A stretch of DNA of 64,000 bases, taken from assembly GCA_902525595.1 (NCBI GenBank), contig CABZHO010000002.1:24395-88394 (forward strand). The letters run 5' to 3'. The notes below the pieces were generated by a model that was not told where the DNA came from, did not search any database, and saw only the letters and a program-made list of their open reading frames with translations. The position numbers and the translations under genes are program-made. The DNA is from an uncultured Pelagibacteraceae bacterium. Its GTDB lineage: Bacteria; Pseudomonadota; Alphaproteobacteria; Pelagibacterales; AG-422-B15. Below are positions 1 to 9,296 of the stretch, in pieces (the first letter of the stretch is position 1; each line of letters starts with the position of its first letter).

Positions 1-2
1 AT

Positions 3-830
3 TACGCAATTTTTCCACACATCAATGTTGAAAAAAATGTTCAGTTTGGTTTAAGAAAACTTGGCTTAACAAACGATGAAATTATCAAAAGAGTTAAAGA
101 CGTTTTGTCGTTGGTTAAATTAGAAGGATATGAGGAACGCTATAGTAGCCAACTATCTGGAGGTCAAAGACAAAGAGTAGCATTGGCAAGGGCTTTAGTA
201 AGACAACCCAAGGTCTTATTGCTGGATGAACCACTTGGAGCATTAGACAAAAAGTTACGTGATGAAATGCAACTTGAATTAAGAACTCTACAAAAAGAGA
301 TTGGAATAACATTTGTATTTGTTACACATGATCAGCAAGAAGCCATTAGTATGTCTGATCGAGTCGCGGTGATGAGCGAAGGTAAAATCCAACAGATGTC
401 ATCCCCAAATGAATTATATAAAAACCCACAAAATATTTTTGTGAGTGACTTTATTGGTGAAACTAATTTTCTAAAAGCCAATACAGAGTTGAAAGATGGC
501 GAGTATATTAATGTAAACATTGAAAATCTTGGCTCCTTTAAAATAAAAAATAATCTCAATATAAGTGAAAATGCTTCAGAGGTTATTTGCAGTGTTCGTC
601 CTGAGACTATGATGATAGATACAGAAAAATCAGATTGGGATATTTGCTTAGAAGGCAAAATTAAGCAAACATCATATTTGGGAGAAATGACTAAATTTTA
701 TGTTGAAACAAAAGAGATAGAAAAAATTATAACTGTATCGTCACAATATTTTGACAATCAGTCTTTCCAAGATGGCAAATGCTTTATCAGCATAAACCCA
801 AACGATATTTCCTTACTGAATAAAAAATAG
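3..830 (+). CDS. ABC transporter ATP-binding subunit, PotA/polyamine-import type (5' end cut by window edge)
   Basis: Frame is open from nt 3. ABC signature LSGGQRQRVALARAL, Walker B LLLDEP, H-loop VTHDQ. C-terminal TOBE-like domain. Confidence 0.85.
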   Translation, partial: YAIFPHINVEKNVQFGLRKLGLTNDEIIKRVKDVLSLVKLEGYEERYSSQLSGGQRQRVALARALVRQPKVLLLDEPLGALDKKLRDEMQLELRTLQKEIGITFVFVTHDQQEAISMSDRVAVMSEGKIQQMSSPNELYKNPQNIFVSDFIGETNFLKANTELKDGEYINVNIENLGSFKIKNNLNISENASEVICSVRPETMMIDTEKSDWDICLEGKIKQTSYLGEMTKFYVETKEIEKIITVSSQYFDNQSFQDGKCFISINPNDISLLNKK

Positions 831-881
831 CCTGTCCTCAAGAGAGAACAAGCTATTTTAAATTAGTCAATTAGTAGTGTA

Positions 882-1970
882 TTAACCACCAGCTACCATT
901 TCAGCCCACTGAGCTTCCATGTAGTCTGTCACTTCGTCAGTTGGCATCACCGAGAACATTCCATTATTTAAATGTTCTATAGGATTTGAAGCAACGCCAC
1001 GTTCAGCTAATTCGTCAGCTGTAAGTGTGCTAAATCCGGCTTTATTACTGTGTCCATAACCCCACTCACTTAACAAGTAAGCAGATGTTTCAGCACTAGT
1101 AGCGCCATTTATCATCGCGTATGCTTTATCAAGGTCTGCACCTTTAACAATTGCTAGACCGCATGCCCAAGTCATAGTGCCATTAGAAGGCTGCATCATT
1201 TTAGCTCCTGCGCTCCATGCAATTTCGTTCCAGCCAAGTGCTACGTCTATTTCTTCGTTACCTAGCGCTTCTATCATTGAAGAAGTATCTCCAAAGAATG
1301 CACGAATTTGTCCATTGTCTCTCATTTCACGGAACTTATCGATACCTTGATCAATAGCAGCTTTAGTAAGTTGATCTTGCTCTCTGATATCAATTCCAAG
1401 ATGGTGCATCATTAAGAACAAAGAGTCAGCCGCAGAGTCTAATATACCGACTTTACCTTTCACTCGAGGATCCTCCATAAGAGCAAAACTTTCATTAGAA
1501 GCATCCATCCAATCAATTCTATCAGCCATGTAAAACAATGTTGTGTCGCCCCAATCTACAGGTGCAAAATAATGCTTTCCATCAACCATACCGCTTGGTA
1601 GATCTCTAACTTCAGGGAACATATCATCCCAGTTGTCAATTCTAGATGGATCAAGTGGTTCTAAAACGCCAGCTCTTACCCATCTCTTAATTTCTCCTTG
1701 GCATGGCCAGGCTAAATCAACCTCAAAACCAGCTTTTAGTTTTTGTAATCCTTCTTCAGCATCACCGAATATTGAATACTCAGGGGAACCGTGTTCTTCA
1801 GCATATGTACCAAACAGTCCATCATCATCGTAACCTCCCCAAAGGAATACAGATCCAGGCTCATCTGCAAAAACTTTTGTCGTACTTGTTACGCCTGCAA
1901 TAAAAACAAACGACAGCATCACGATTACAGTTTTTACAAAGAAATCCTTAATTTCATTGTATCTTCGCAT
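882..1970 (-). CDS. Periplasmic substrate-binding protein, PotD/PotF (polyamine) family
   Basis: 362 aa. N-terminal signal peptide (VIVMLSFVFIAGVTSTTKVFA). Length and overall similarity fit family-1 extracellular solute-binding proteins. It lies next to a PotA-like ATPase. Confidence 0.75.
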   Translation of the reverse strand: MRRYNEIKDFFVKTVIVMLSFVFIAGVTSTTKVFADEPGSVFLWGGYDDDGLFGTYAEEHGSPEYSIFGDAEEGLQKLKAGFEVDLAWPCQGEIKRWVRAGVLEPLDPSRIDNWDDMFPEVRDLPSGMVDGKHYFAPVDWGDTTLFYMADRIDWMDASNESFALMEDPRVKGKVGILDSAADSLFLMMHHLGIDIREQDQLTKAAIDQGIDKFREMRDNGQIRAFFGDTSSMIEALGNEEIDVALGWNEIAWSAGAKMMQPSNGTMTWACGLAIVKGADLDKAYAMINGATSAETSAYLLSEWGYGHSNKAGFSTLTADELAERGVASNPIEHLNNGMFSVMPTDEVTDYMEAQWAEMVAGG

Positions 1971-2041
1971 AATTAATTAATCCTTTTTTTTGTTTAAACG
2001 TGAAAATTGTACACCTATTATAGAAATATGGTCAATATATA

Positions 2042-3535
2042 TCAGTCAAAAATTGGCCGATTTTTAACATTATTAAGCCACGGATCGAGTATTTCGTAGT
2101 TGTACCCCCCTTGAAACACCAATTCATCGCAATAAGAGCGAGCAATAATTTGAATACCTGTTGGTACCCTATTTGAACTGAAACCCGATGGAACCGAAAG
2201 CACTGGTAGCTTTCCCAACATATTAAATGGATGAGACATGCACCATGCGAAGTCAGCGCATTCTTGTTTTTTTCCATTTATGACGACCTGGTCATTTACT
2301 ATATCAATATCAGCCTTGATTGCAGGTAAGGCATTTGTAGGACAGATAAATAAATCATATTTTTCCAATATTGGGCCAATTTCTTCATACATTTTACCAG
2401 TTACCATTGCGCTCTCCTCAACGCCATAACCCAAGTGAGCGCCAATTTGTTCGTGATAAATTTTTTTATTATTCCTTAGAGAGTCAATATGCATTGAAGT
2501 TACACCACTTAACATCTTTGTATAATCACTCAGCTGTTCTTTTTCTGAGTAAGAAAGCTCAGAAATTTCTTTATAAAAAGAATTCGCATAATGACTAAAA
2601 CAAACCGAATTTACTTCATCTTTTTTCCAATTAAGTTTGACCTCTGTGACCTGACACCCAAGACTTTTAAATTTTTTTAATGCTGCCAGAGTATTCTGTT
2701 CAACTTCTTTATCAATTTCAAAAAATCCTAAGTCCATCGAATAAGCAATCTTCCAATTTTTAATATTTTCGTAATTTAACGGTAATATTTTTTTTGGTCG
2801 TAGAGATGTTATATCTTTTTGGTTTGGCCCACACATAATGTTTTGCATCATGGCGGTATCAACTACTGTTCTTGTGAGCGGGCCTGTTACACAGTAAGGA
2901 TCATGATTGAATGGATAACTTTGAGCATTTCTTCCATGGGGCGGTTTGAATCCAACAACACCGCACGCGCCTGCTGGTATCCTTATTGAACCTCCAATAT
3001 CACTTCCAGTAGCTAACATGGCACAACCTGAAGCTAATGCAGCTGCACTGCCTCCACTTGATCCACCCGGTGTCATGTCTAAGTTCCAAGGGTTTCTTGT
3101 TACACCATTTAATTTTGAGTGACAAAAAGAAGTGAGAGAGAATTCAGGATTAGTTGTGCGACCGTGAAGTATCGCTCCAGAATTAACTATTGTTTCAACA
3201 TCAATATCTGTTTTCTGTGCGATATTTTCCTTGAGAAGCAAGCAACCATTACGGTTTGGCTGCCCTTTTATATTTACCTCATCTTTAATAGCCAGGGGTA
3301 TACCTTCAAGAGGCAAAACATCCTTATCATTAAAGAATTTTTTTTCTGACTCTTTTGCGAGCTTTAAGGATGTATCAAAATCAAGATAATTAAATGCATT
3401 TATCTCAGGATTAACTTTCTCTATTCTTTTAATTACAGCTGACATAACTTCAACTGGAGATAATTTTTTTTCTTTGTACTTCTTTAGTGTATCTGAAGCG
3501 GATAAATAACAAATTTCGATATCAGTATCATTCAT
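2042..3535 (-). CDS. Amidase-signature (AS) family amidase
   Basis: 497 aa. Canonical AS motif GGSSGGSAAALASG and the conserved GSDIGGSIRIPA block. Confidence 0.85.
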   Translation of the reverse strand: MNDTDIEICYLSASDTLKKYKEKKLSPVEVMSAVIKRIEKVNPEINAFNYLDFDTSLKLAKESEKKFFNDKDVLPLEGIPLAIKDEVNIKGQPNRNGCLLLKENIAQKTDIDVETIVNSGAILHGRTTNPEFSLTSFCHSKLNGVTRNPWNLDMTPGGSSGGSAAALASGCAMLATGSDIGGSIRIPAGACGVVGFKPPHGRNAQSYPFNHDPYCVTGPLTRTVVDTAMMQNIMCGPNQKDITSLRPKKILPLNYENIKNWKIAYSMDLGFFEIDKEVEQNTLAALKKFKSLGCQVTEVKLNWKKDEVNSVCFSHYANSFYKEISELSYSEKEQLSDYTKMLSGVTSMHIDSLRNNKKIYHEQIGAHLGYGVEESAMVTGKMYEEIGPILEKYDLFICPTNALPAIKADIDIVNDQVVINGKKQECADFAWCMSHPFNMLGKLPVLSVPSGFSSNRVPTGIQIIARSYCDELVFQGGYNYEILDPWLNNVKNRPIFD

Positions 3536-3587
3536 GATGATTTTTTATTTAAATTTAACAATTATTAAAATATATTGAAAATAATTT

Positions 3588-4682
3588 ATGATAAGTGAAA
3601 AAATTAAAAGTCTAATACAGAGTCAAGATCCACATGCGGGAATGGACCAACTTTTCTTTACAAATTCTGAGGTATTTCATGCAAGCTATGATGCGATTTT
3701 TAAAAAACAATGGATTTTTCTTACTCATCACTCATATTTTGATCAAAACGATGTCTTTACATACAACTTGAATAGAGGATTTATAGAGATAAAAAAAACA
3801 GATGATAATCAACTTTCAATTGCCGCTTCTGATCCAGAAATCCAGTGTCATATAAGGGTGTATGAGAGTTTAGTTTTTATCAATTTATCAAACTCTCCCT
3901 ATTCTTTTGATGAGTTCATCAAACCGCTTGAACCATATATTAAAATACATGGACTGAATGATGGCAAGATTGCTTTTCAAAAAGATTTTATTTTTAAAGC
4001 TTCACATTTGGCTACAATTCATAACTTTAAAGAATGTGCTCATTGCTGGGGAGGTGAATTTACACACAAAGATTATCTAAGTGTGCATGGTGAAGATTAT
4101 TGCAATTCTTATGGTGCGGGTGTTGGTTCAGGGATTGAAGCTCCTAAACTTACAAAACGTATTAAAGAGTGGACAGAAGAAACATTAAAGAGGGGTTTAT
4201 TTGTTGGGGAGTTCAGTGAACATGATTCAAAATATTTTAGAATCGCAGAACGAACACCTTTGCCTGATGGTATTGTATCAGAAACAATGGACGGTAGTTA
4301 TTCTTGCTCTAAATTGATGGGCGATTTTAAGAAAATTGGTGCCGACAATGGTTATACCGCAATTGGTTTTAGTCCATTCAATAGCTTTGTCGCAAATAAT
4401 GAATTTGTAATTCTTTTTTTATTCTCACCGATTAGTCAAAATAAAACAGTAGTGACACAATATTGGGTAACTCATAAAGATGCGGAAGTTGATGTTGATA
4501 AAATGATTTTTTTGTGGAACCAAACTTCTACTGAAGACTCACAGTTATGTGAAATGAATCAAAAGGGAATTGAAAGCAGGTCCTATCAACCTGGTAAATA
4601 TGGGAATTTGGAGACGAGCTTAGTTCAATATCAGAAATTTTACCTTAATCATTTACAGACACACCTGAACGACTTAGTCTAA
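3588..4682 (+). CDS. Ring-hydroxylating oxygenase alpha-subunit homolog lacking the Rieske [2Fe-2S] ligands
   Basis: 364 aa. The catalytic-domain block HNFKECAHCWGGEFTH resembles the NWK..EN..ECYHC...H motif of GbcA/Stc2-like oxygenases. The N-terminal 100 aa contain a single Cys, so no CxH...CxxH Rieske site is possible. Confidence 0.55.
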   Translation: MISEKIKSLIQSQDPHAGMDQLFFTNSEVFHASYDAIFKKQWIFLTHHSYFDQNDVFTYNLNRGFIEIKKTDDNQLSIAASDPEIQCHIRVYESLVFINLSNSPYSFDEFIKPLEPYIKIHGLNDGKIAFQKDFIFKASHLATIHNFKECAHCWGGEFTHKDYLSVHGEDYCNSYGAGVGSGIEAPKLTKRIKEWTEETLKRGLFVGEFSEHDSKYFRIAERTPLPDGIVSETMDGSYSCSKLMGDFKKIGADNGYTAIGFSPFNSFVANNEFVILFLFSPISQNKTVVTQYWVTHKDAEVDVDKMIFLWNQTSTEDSQLCEMNQKGIESRSYQPGKYGNLETSLVQYQKFYLNHLQTHLNDLV

Positions 4683-4700
4683 CTTTAATTCGATACCTAT

Positions 4701-6071
4701 ATGGAACCTGCAACACAATCAGAATTTGATGAAGTGCTTAATCGTCATCATAATATTCAATACGTAGACGCAATATTTACAGACCTTTGTGGTTATGTGA
4801 GGGGAAAAAGATTTCCAGTGTTAGAGGCAGATAAAATTTTTTCAGATGGTGTATTGTTACCGTTTTCAGCATTTTATTTGGATGTTCTTGGTGGCGTAAC
4901 AAACACGATGAATCTTGGTTGGACAGACGGAGATCCTGATGGTGTTTTAATACCCATTAAAAATTCCATTAAGCTCGTTCCTTGGGACAGTAAAGTTCTT
5001 CAAGTATTAATTTCTATGAGAAAAGATCAGGAAAAATGGGGTGTAATAGAAAATCCGGCGGAAGTTGATCCAAGAAATATTCTAGAAAAAGTAATGAATA
5101 AATTTAAAGGCACGGGTTTAAATCCAGTAGTAGCTTTTGAATTAGAGTTTTATTTGTTGGATAAGAAAAGAAATAAGGAAGGCAAGCCAGTTCCTGCATT
5201 AGGTGCGAGTAAAACTCATGTATATGGCATTCCTGATCTTGATATGTTTGGAGACTTATTTAATGAAATTAATGAAAACTGTAAAATCCAAGATATACCT
5301 GCAACAACAGCCTCAAGCGAATTTGCTGCGGGCCAATATGAAATTAATTTAAAGCATACTAGCGACCTGCTTAAAGCAGCGGATGATGCTGCAATGTTAA
5401 GAAGAATAATAAAAGAAACAACTGCGAAGCATGGATTTGAGGCAACATTTATGGCAAAGCCATTTCTTGAGGAGACGGGAAATGGAATGCACCTTCATAT
5501 TTCAGTATACGATGATGATGGAAAAAATATATTTGCAACCAAGAATCGTTACGGAAATGATAAGTTAAAAAATGCGTTAGCAGGTTTCCAAGAAACTTTT
5601 TATGACTCATTTCCAATATTTATTCCAAATAGAAATGGTTACAGAAGAATACAAACTAGAAATTTTGTTCCCGTTAATAAAAGTTGGTCTTGGAATCGAA
5701 GGGATGTTTCATTAAGAATACCTGCTGGATCAGATAGCGCAAAAAGAATAGAACATCGGGTAGCATCAGCTGATGCAAATCCATATCTCGTTTTAGCATG
5801 CATACTATCTGGACTTCACTATGGGCTTACAAAAAAATTATTACCAATAGACCAAGTAAGTTTTGATAATACTGAAGGTGCTGATAAGACTGCTGATCCT
5901 GAAATGCCAAAAAATATGGAGTCCGCATTAAATCGTTTTAAAGATTCAAAAATTTTATCAAAGTATTTAGGAAAAGAATATCTTGATTTATATGTATCCG
6001 CTAAAGAAGGTGAATTTGAACATATGGATAACAGTTTCATACCCTCAGAAGAATATGAGTTTTATTTATAG
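4701..6071 (+). CDS. Glutamine synthetase family protein (probable gamma-glutamyl-amine ligase, PuuA/GmaS-like)
   Basis: 456 aa. GS catalytic blocks FELEFYL, GNGMHLHISV, NRRDVSLRIP and RIEHRVASADANPYL. Confidence 0.8.
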   Translation: MEPATQSEFDEVLNRHHNIQYVDAIFTDLCGYVRGKRFPVLEADKIFSDGVLLPFSAFYLDVLGGVTNTMNLGWTDGDPDGVLIPIKNSIKLVPWDSKVLQVLISMRKDQEKWGVIENPAEVDPRNILEKVMNKFKGTGLNPVVAFELEFYLLDKKRNKEGKPVPALGASKTHVYGIPDLDMFGDLFNEINENCKIQDIPATTASSEFAAGQYEINLKHTSDLLKAADDAAMLRRIIKETTAKHGFEATFMAKPFLEETGNGMHLHISVYDDDGKNIFATKNRYGNDKLKNALAGFQETFYDSFPIFIPNRNGYRRIQTRNFVPVNKSWSWNRRDVSLRIPAGSDSAKRIEHRVASADANPYLVLACILSGLHYGLTKKLLPIDQVSFDNTEGADKTADPEMPKNMESALNRFKDSKILSKYLGKEYLDLYVSAKEGEFEHMDNSFIPSEEYEFYL

Positions 6072-6075
6072 ATTC

Positions 6076-6795
6076 ATGACCGATCTACTTTTCAATCAAG
6101 ATAGTTACTTAAAAGAAACAGAAGCCAGCATTATTGGTGTTGAAGAAAATATAATAAAATTGGATAGGACAATTTTTTATGCAGAGTCGGGTGGACAACC
6201 TGGAGATCAAGGTGAGATTGTTTTAAAAGATCAGGTTCTCAAAGTGATAGATACTAAAAAAGGATCAAAGCCAAATGAAATTTTGCACATTGTTGATGGT
6301 CTCATTGATCAAAGTTTAATTAATCAATCTGCTTTACTTAGGATTAATTGGGAACTTAGATATGCACATATGAAAATGCATTCTAGTTGCCACATTTTGT
6401 GCAGCTTAGTTGACGCCTTGATAACAGGTGCATCAGTTGGAAGTACTAAATCAAGAATTGATTTTGATGTTGATCCATCGATGCTTAATAAAGAAGAGTT
6501 AAATGAAAAGATTAGAGATATTATTAATAAAGACTATCCAATAATTATAAACCAAATTACAGGAGATGAGCTAAAATCTAATCCTCACTTAGCTAAAGGA
6601 GCGGCTGTTTCACCTCCAGTAATTGATAACAAAGTTCAAACAGTCCAAATAGGTGAGGGAAAAAACATTATTGATCTTCAGTGTTGTGGCGGTACACACT
6701 GCCAATCTACAAAAGAAATTGGACCACTTGAGATTGGAAAGATTGAAAATAAAGGTAAGAGAAACAGGCGAATTAATATAAGGTTTAATTCATGA
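6076..6795 (+). CDS. AlaX-like metal-dependent hydrolase (alanyl/threonyl-tRNA synthetase second additional domain)
   Basis: HxxxH (MHSSCH) and CxxxH (CGGTHC) zinc motifs. The ATG at 6076 lies 5 nt after the GS-like stop; the ORF-track start at 5983 overlaps the upstream gene. Confidence 0.7.
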   Translation: MTDLLFNQDSYLKETEASIIGVEENIIKLDRTIFYAESGGQPGDQGEIVLKDQVLKVIDTKKGSKPNEILHIVDGLIDQSLINQSALLRINWELRYAHMKMHSSCHILCSLVDALITGASVGSTKSRIDFDVDPSMLNKEELNEKIRDIINKDYPIIINQITGDELKSNPHLAKGAAVSPPVIDNKVQTVQIGEGKNIIDLQCCGGTHCQSTKEIGPLEIGKIENKGKRNRRINIRFNS

Positions 6796-7556
6796 CAGAT
6801 ATTTTAGTAAGTAAAGATGATGGACAAGTTGTAACGCTCACTCTTAATGATGCGCCAGCAAATTGTCTAACAATGGAAATGATGTCTGCAATAAAAATGG
6901 AGATTGATCGTGTTAATCAATCTAAAGATCACAAACTCGTTATATTTGAAAGTTCAAATGAAAAAATATTTTGTAGCGGACACAGTTTTAACGAAGTTCA
7001 AGAGATGATTAAAAATAATGACATGAAATCACAAGAACTTCTCTTTGCAGAGTGCTCTGAAATGTTAATGAAAATTAGAAAAAGTCCAAAAATTTTTGTT
7101 GCAAAAGTAAGAGGAATAGCAACCGCTGGTGGGTTTGGATTAGTAAGTATAATGGACTGTGTTTTTAGTTCAAAATCAGCAAGATTTGCACTTGGGGGTA
7201 TAAATTTTAATTTTGGATGTCATCAACCATCAGTTTCAGTAGCGCGTGCAACATCACCAAAAAATGTTATGGAATTACTAGTAAGCGGTCAGCCACTTAA
7301 TGCTCAGAGAGCACAAGAAGCTGGGCTCATAAATGAATACTTAGAAGATGATGCATTAGATAAAAGAGTAGAAACATTTTCCAAGCAAGTTTGCGACCAT
7401 ACTCCTGAAGTACTCGCTCTCACAAAAGAAACATTATATAAGCAGTCGTCAATGAACATTTCTGATGCCTATGACTTTGCAAGTAAAGCAATGGTTGAGA
7501 ACCTTCAAATGCCTGAAACTAAAAAGGGCATTGATACATTTTTAAATAAAAGTTAA
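6792..7556 (+). CDS. Enoyl-CoA hydratase/isomerase (crotonase) family protein
   Basis: 254 aa. Crotonase-fold blocks (FCSGHSF, ATAGGFGL). Overlaps the upstream gene by 4 nt. Confidence 0.75.
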   Translation: MTDILVSKDDGQVVTLTLNDAPANCLTMEMMSAIKMEIDRVNQSKDHKLVIFESSNEKIFCSGHSFNEVQEMIKNNDMKSQELLFAECSEMLMKIRKSPKIFVAKVRGIATAGGFGLVSIMDCVFSSKSARFALGGINFNFGCHQPSVSVARATSPKNVMELLVSGQPLNAQRAQEAGLINEYLEDDALDKRVETFSKQVCDHTPEVLALTKETLYKQSSMNISDAYDFASKAMVENLQMPETKKGIDTFLNKS

Positions 7557-8455
7557 CGCTGGATTGAGAATTTCTCTGGTTGGATCTCTTTTTTAAGAAC
7601 CGTTTCACGTCTAAGAATAAATATTGCAGATAAGATTATAAATCCAGCACCAACATAAGTATTCCACGCAGGTATTTCATTCCAAATCATATAACCAAAT
7701 ATTATTCCATAAATTAAGCTTAGGTATTTTAACGGTGTCACTAATGAGACTTCAGCGTGTTTAAACGCAGAAGTAAGTGCCAGGTTTCCAATTCCTCCAA
7801 AAATTCCAACAGCTGTTAATATCCCCAGATCAAACCAAGATACAGGCATCTTCCACCCTCCAAAAGGGATTGTAAATAAAGATGCAATAAATCCAAACAA
7901 AGTAAAATACCAAGCAATCAAATATGATGGTTCAGTCTCACTTAATAAACGAATCGAAATAGATACCATTGCAAAAAATACACAAAATAAAATTGGCAAA
8001 AACATATAAATACTAAATTCACTTGATGTGGGGTTAATTATAATCAAGACTCCAGTAAAACCAATTATGATTGCAATCCATCTTTTCACTCTTACGAGTT
8101 CGCCAAGTATAAATATTGATAGTAAAGTACTAAAGATTGGAGATGCAAAAGTTAAACTTACTGTTGTAGCTAGTGGTAAAAAATGAAGACTTGCGTAAAC
8201 ACAAAAAAGTGCTGCAGTTCCAGTAAATGCTCTTATAAACATTAAGCCAGGTTTACTAGTATAGAAAAAATTCCCCCATCGATCTTTTGGTACAACAAAA
8301 AAGAGTGGAATAAGTCCCCCAATCATACGAGCCGCAATTACCATTCCAATTGAATATTCAGCAGTTGTCCATTTAACAGCAATATCCATAATACTGAAAC
8401 CTGTGACGGCGATCAGCATATAGAATGCACCTAACTTAATATTATTTCTGTTCAT
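7553..8455 (-). CDS. EamA/DMT-family transporter
   Basis: About 10 predicted TM helices in a duplicated EamA-like layout. I prefer the ATG at 8455 (MNRNN...) to the TTG at 8491. Confidence 0.7.
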   Translation of the reverse strand: MNRNNIKLGAFYMLIAVTGFSIMDIAVKWTTAEYSIGMVIAARMIGGLIPLFFVVPKDRWGNFFYTSKPGLMFIRAFTGTAALFCVYASLHFLPLATTVSLTFASPIFSTLLSIFILGELVRVKRWIAIIIGFTGVLIIINPTSSEFSIYMFLPILFCVFFAMVSISIRLLSETEPSYLIAWYFTLFGFIASLFTIPFGGWKMPVSWFDLGILTAVGIFGGIGNLALTSAFKHAEVSLVTPLKYLSLIYGIIFGYMIWNEIPAWNTYVGAGFIILSAIFILRRETVLKKEIQPEKFSIQR

Positions 8456-8502
8456 ATAGATTTTATTAAAAATTAGATTATCATTAATCAAAATTGAAAC
8501 CT

Positions 8503-9237
8503 ATGAACATTTGGAGATATTTAATAGCAGCCTCACTTGGCAACATGATTGCTGGTCCGCTTGGGGCACTTGCATTCACTGCAGGAGCATATTTTCTTGG
8601 AAAGAAAACAAATTTCAGAAATCCAGGAGCAAATTTTAATAGTCAGCAAGGTGTTTATGCGCTTGGGCTAGTCGTGCTTTGTGCAAAATTAGCTAAAGCA
8701 GATGGTAGAGTAACTGATGATGAAATAAAAAAATTTAAAAAAATATTTAAAATTCCCCAGGAGAATATGAAGCAAGTTGGTGCCATATGGAAGGAAGCTG
8801 CTCAAACTAGTGCAGGTTTTGAACCTTACGCTCAACAATTAAGAGACACATTTTATCGATCTCCTCAAATGCTAGAACAAGTAATCTTGGGACTTTTTGA
8901 AATCGGATATGCAGATCACGAATTATCTCCACCAGAGTTAAAATATATTAAAAAAGTAAGCCAAATTTTTGGGCTCGATCAGCAAACATTCAACAGATTA
9001 AAAAATTCTCGACCTGAATTTGTAAAAGAGGATCCCTATAAAGTGCTCGGTGTATCTAAATCTCATACCACCACGGAAATAAAAAAAATATACAGAACCT
9101 TGGCTCGTAAAAATCACCCTGATATTGTGAGAGCAAAAGGAATAACTGATAAGAGTCTAATTCAAAAAGCTAAGGAGAATTTTCAACGTATTAACGATGC
9201 CTACGAACAAATATTAAAAATAAGAGGTGAAAAATAG
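8503..9237 (+). CDS. djlA: DjlA-like co-chaperone (N-terminal TM, TerB-like domain, C-terminal J domain)
   Basis: C-terminal J domain DPYKVLGVSKSHTTTEIKKIYRTLARKNHPD. Hydrophobic N-terminus. I prefer the ATG at 8503 to the TTG at 8494. Confidence 0.65.
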   Translation: MNIWRYLIAASLGNMIAGPLGALAFTAGAYFLGKKTNFRNPGANFNSQQGVYALGLVVLCAKLAKADGRVTDDEIKKFKKIFKIPQENMKQVGAIWKEAAQTSAGFEPYAQQLRDTFYRSPQMLEQVILGLFEIGYADHELSPPELKYIKKVSQIFGLDQQTFNRLKNSRPEFVKEDPYKVLGVSKSHTTTEIKKIYRTLARKNHPDIVRAKGITDKSLIQKAKENFQRINDAYEQILKIRGEK

Positions 9238-9296
9238 GCGTATTTCTTGACCTTAATTACCAGTTTTAAATTTTACCTTTCGCGCTATAATCAGTC

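Noticed and set aside
829-854. An imperfect hairpin (AGCCTGTCCTC-AAGA-GAGAACAAGCT) lies between the convergent ABC ATPase and binding-protein genes and could be a bidirectional terminator.
   Set aside because: Two C/A mismatches occur in 11 pairs and there is no U-tract on either side. This is too weak to call.
5983-6075. Upstream extension of the AlaX-like ORF (start at 5983).
   Set aside because: It overlaps the 3' end of the GS-like gene by 89 nt in another frame. The ATG at 6076 gives an N-terminus (MTDLLFNQDSYLKE) typical of the family.
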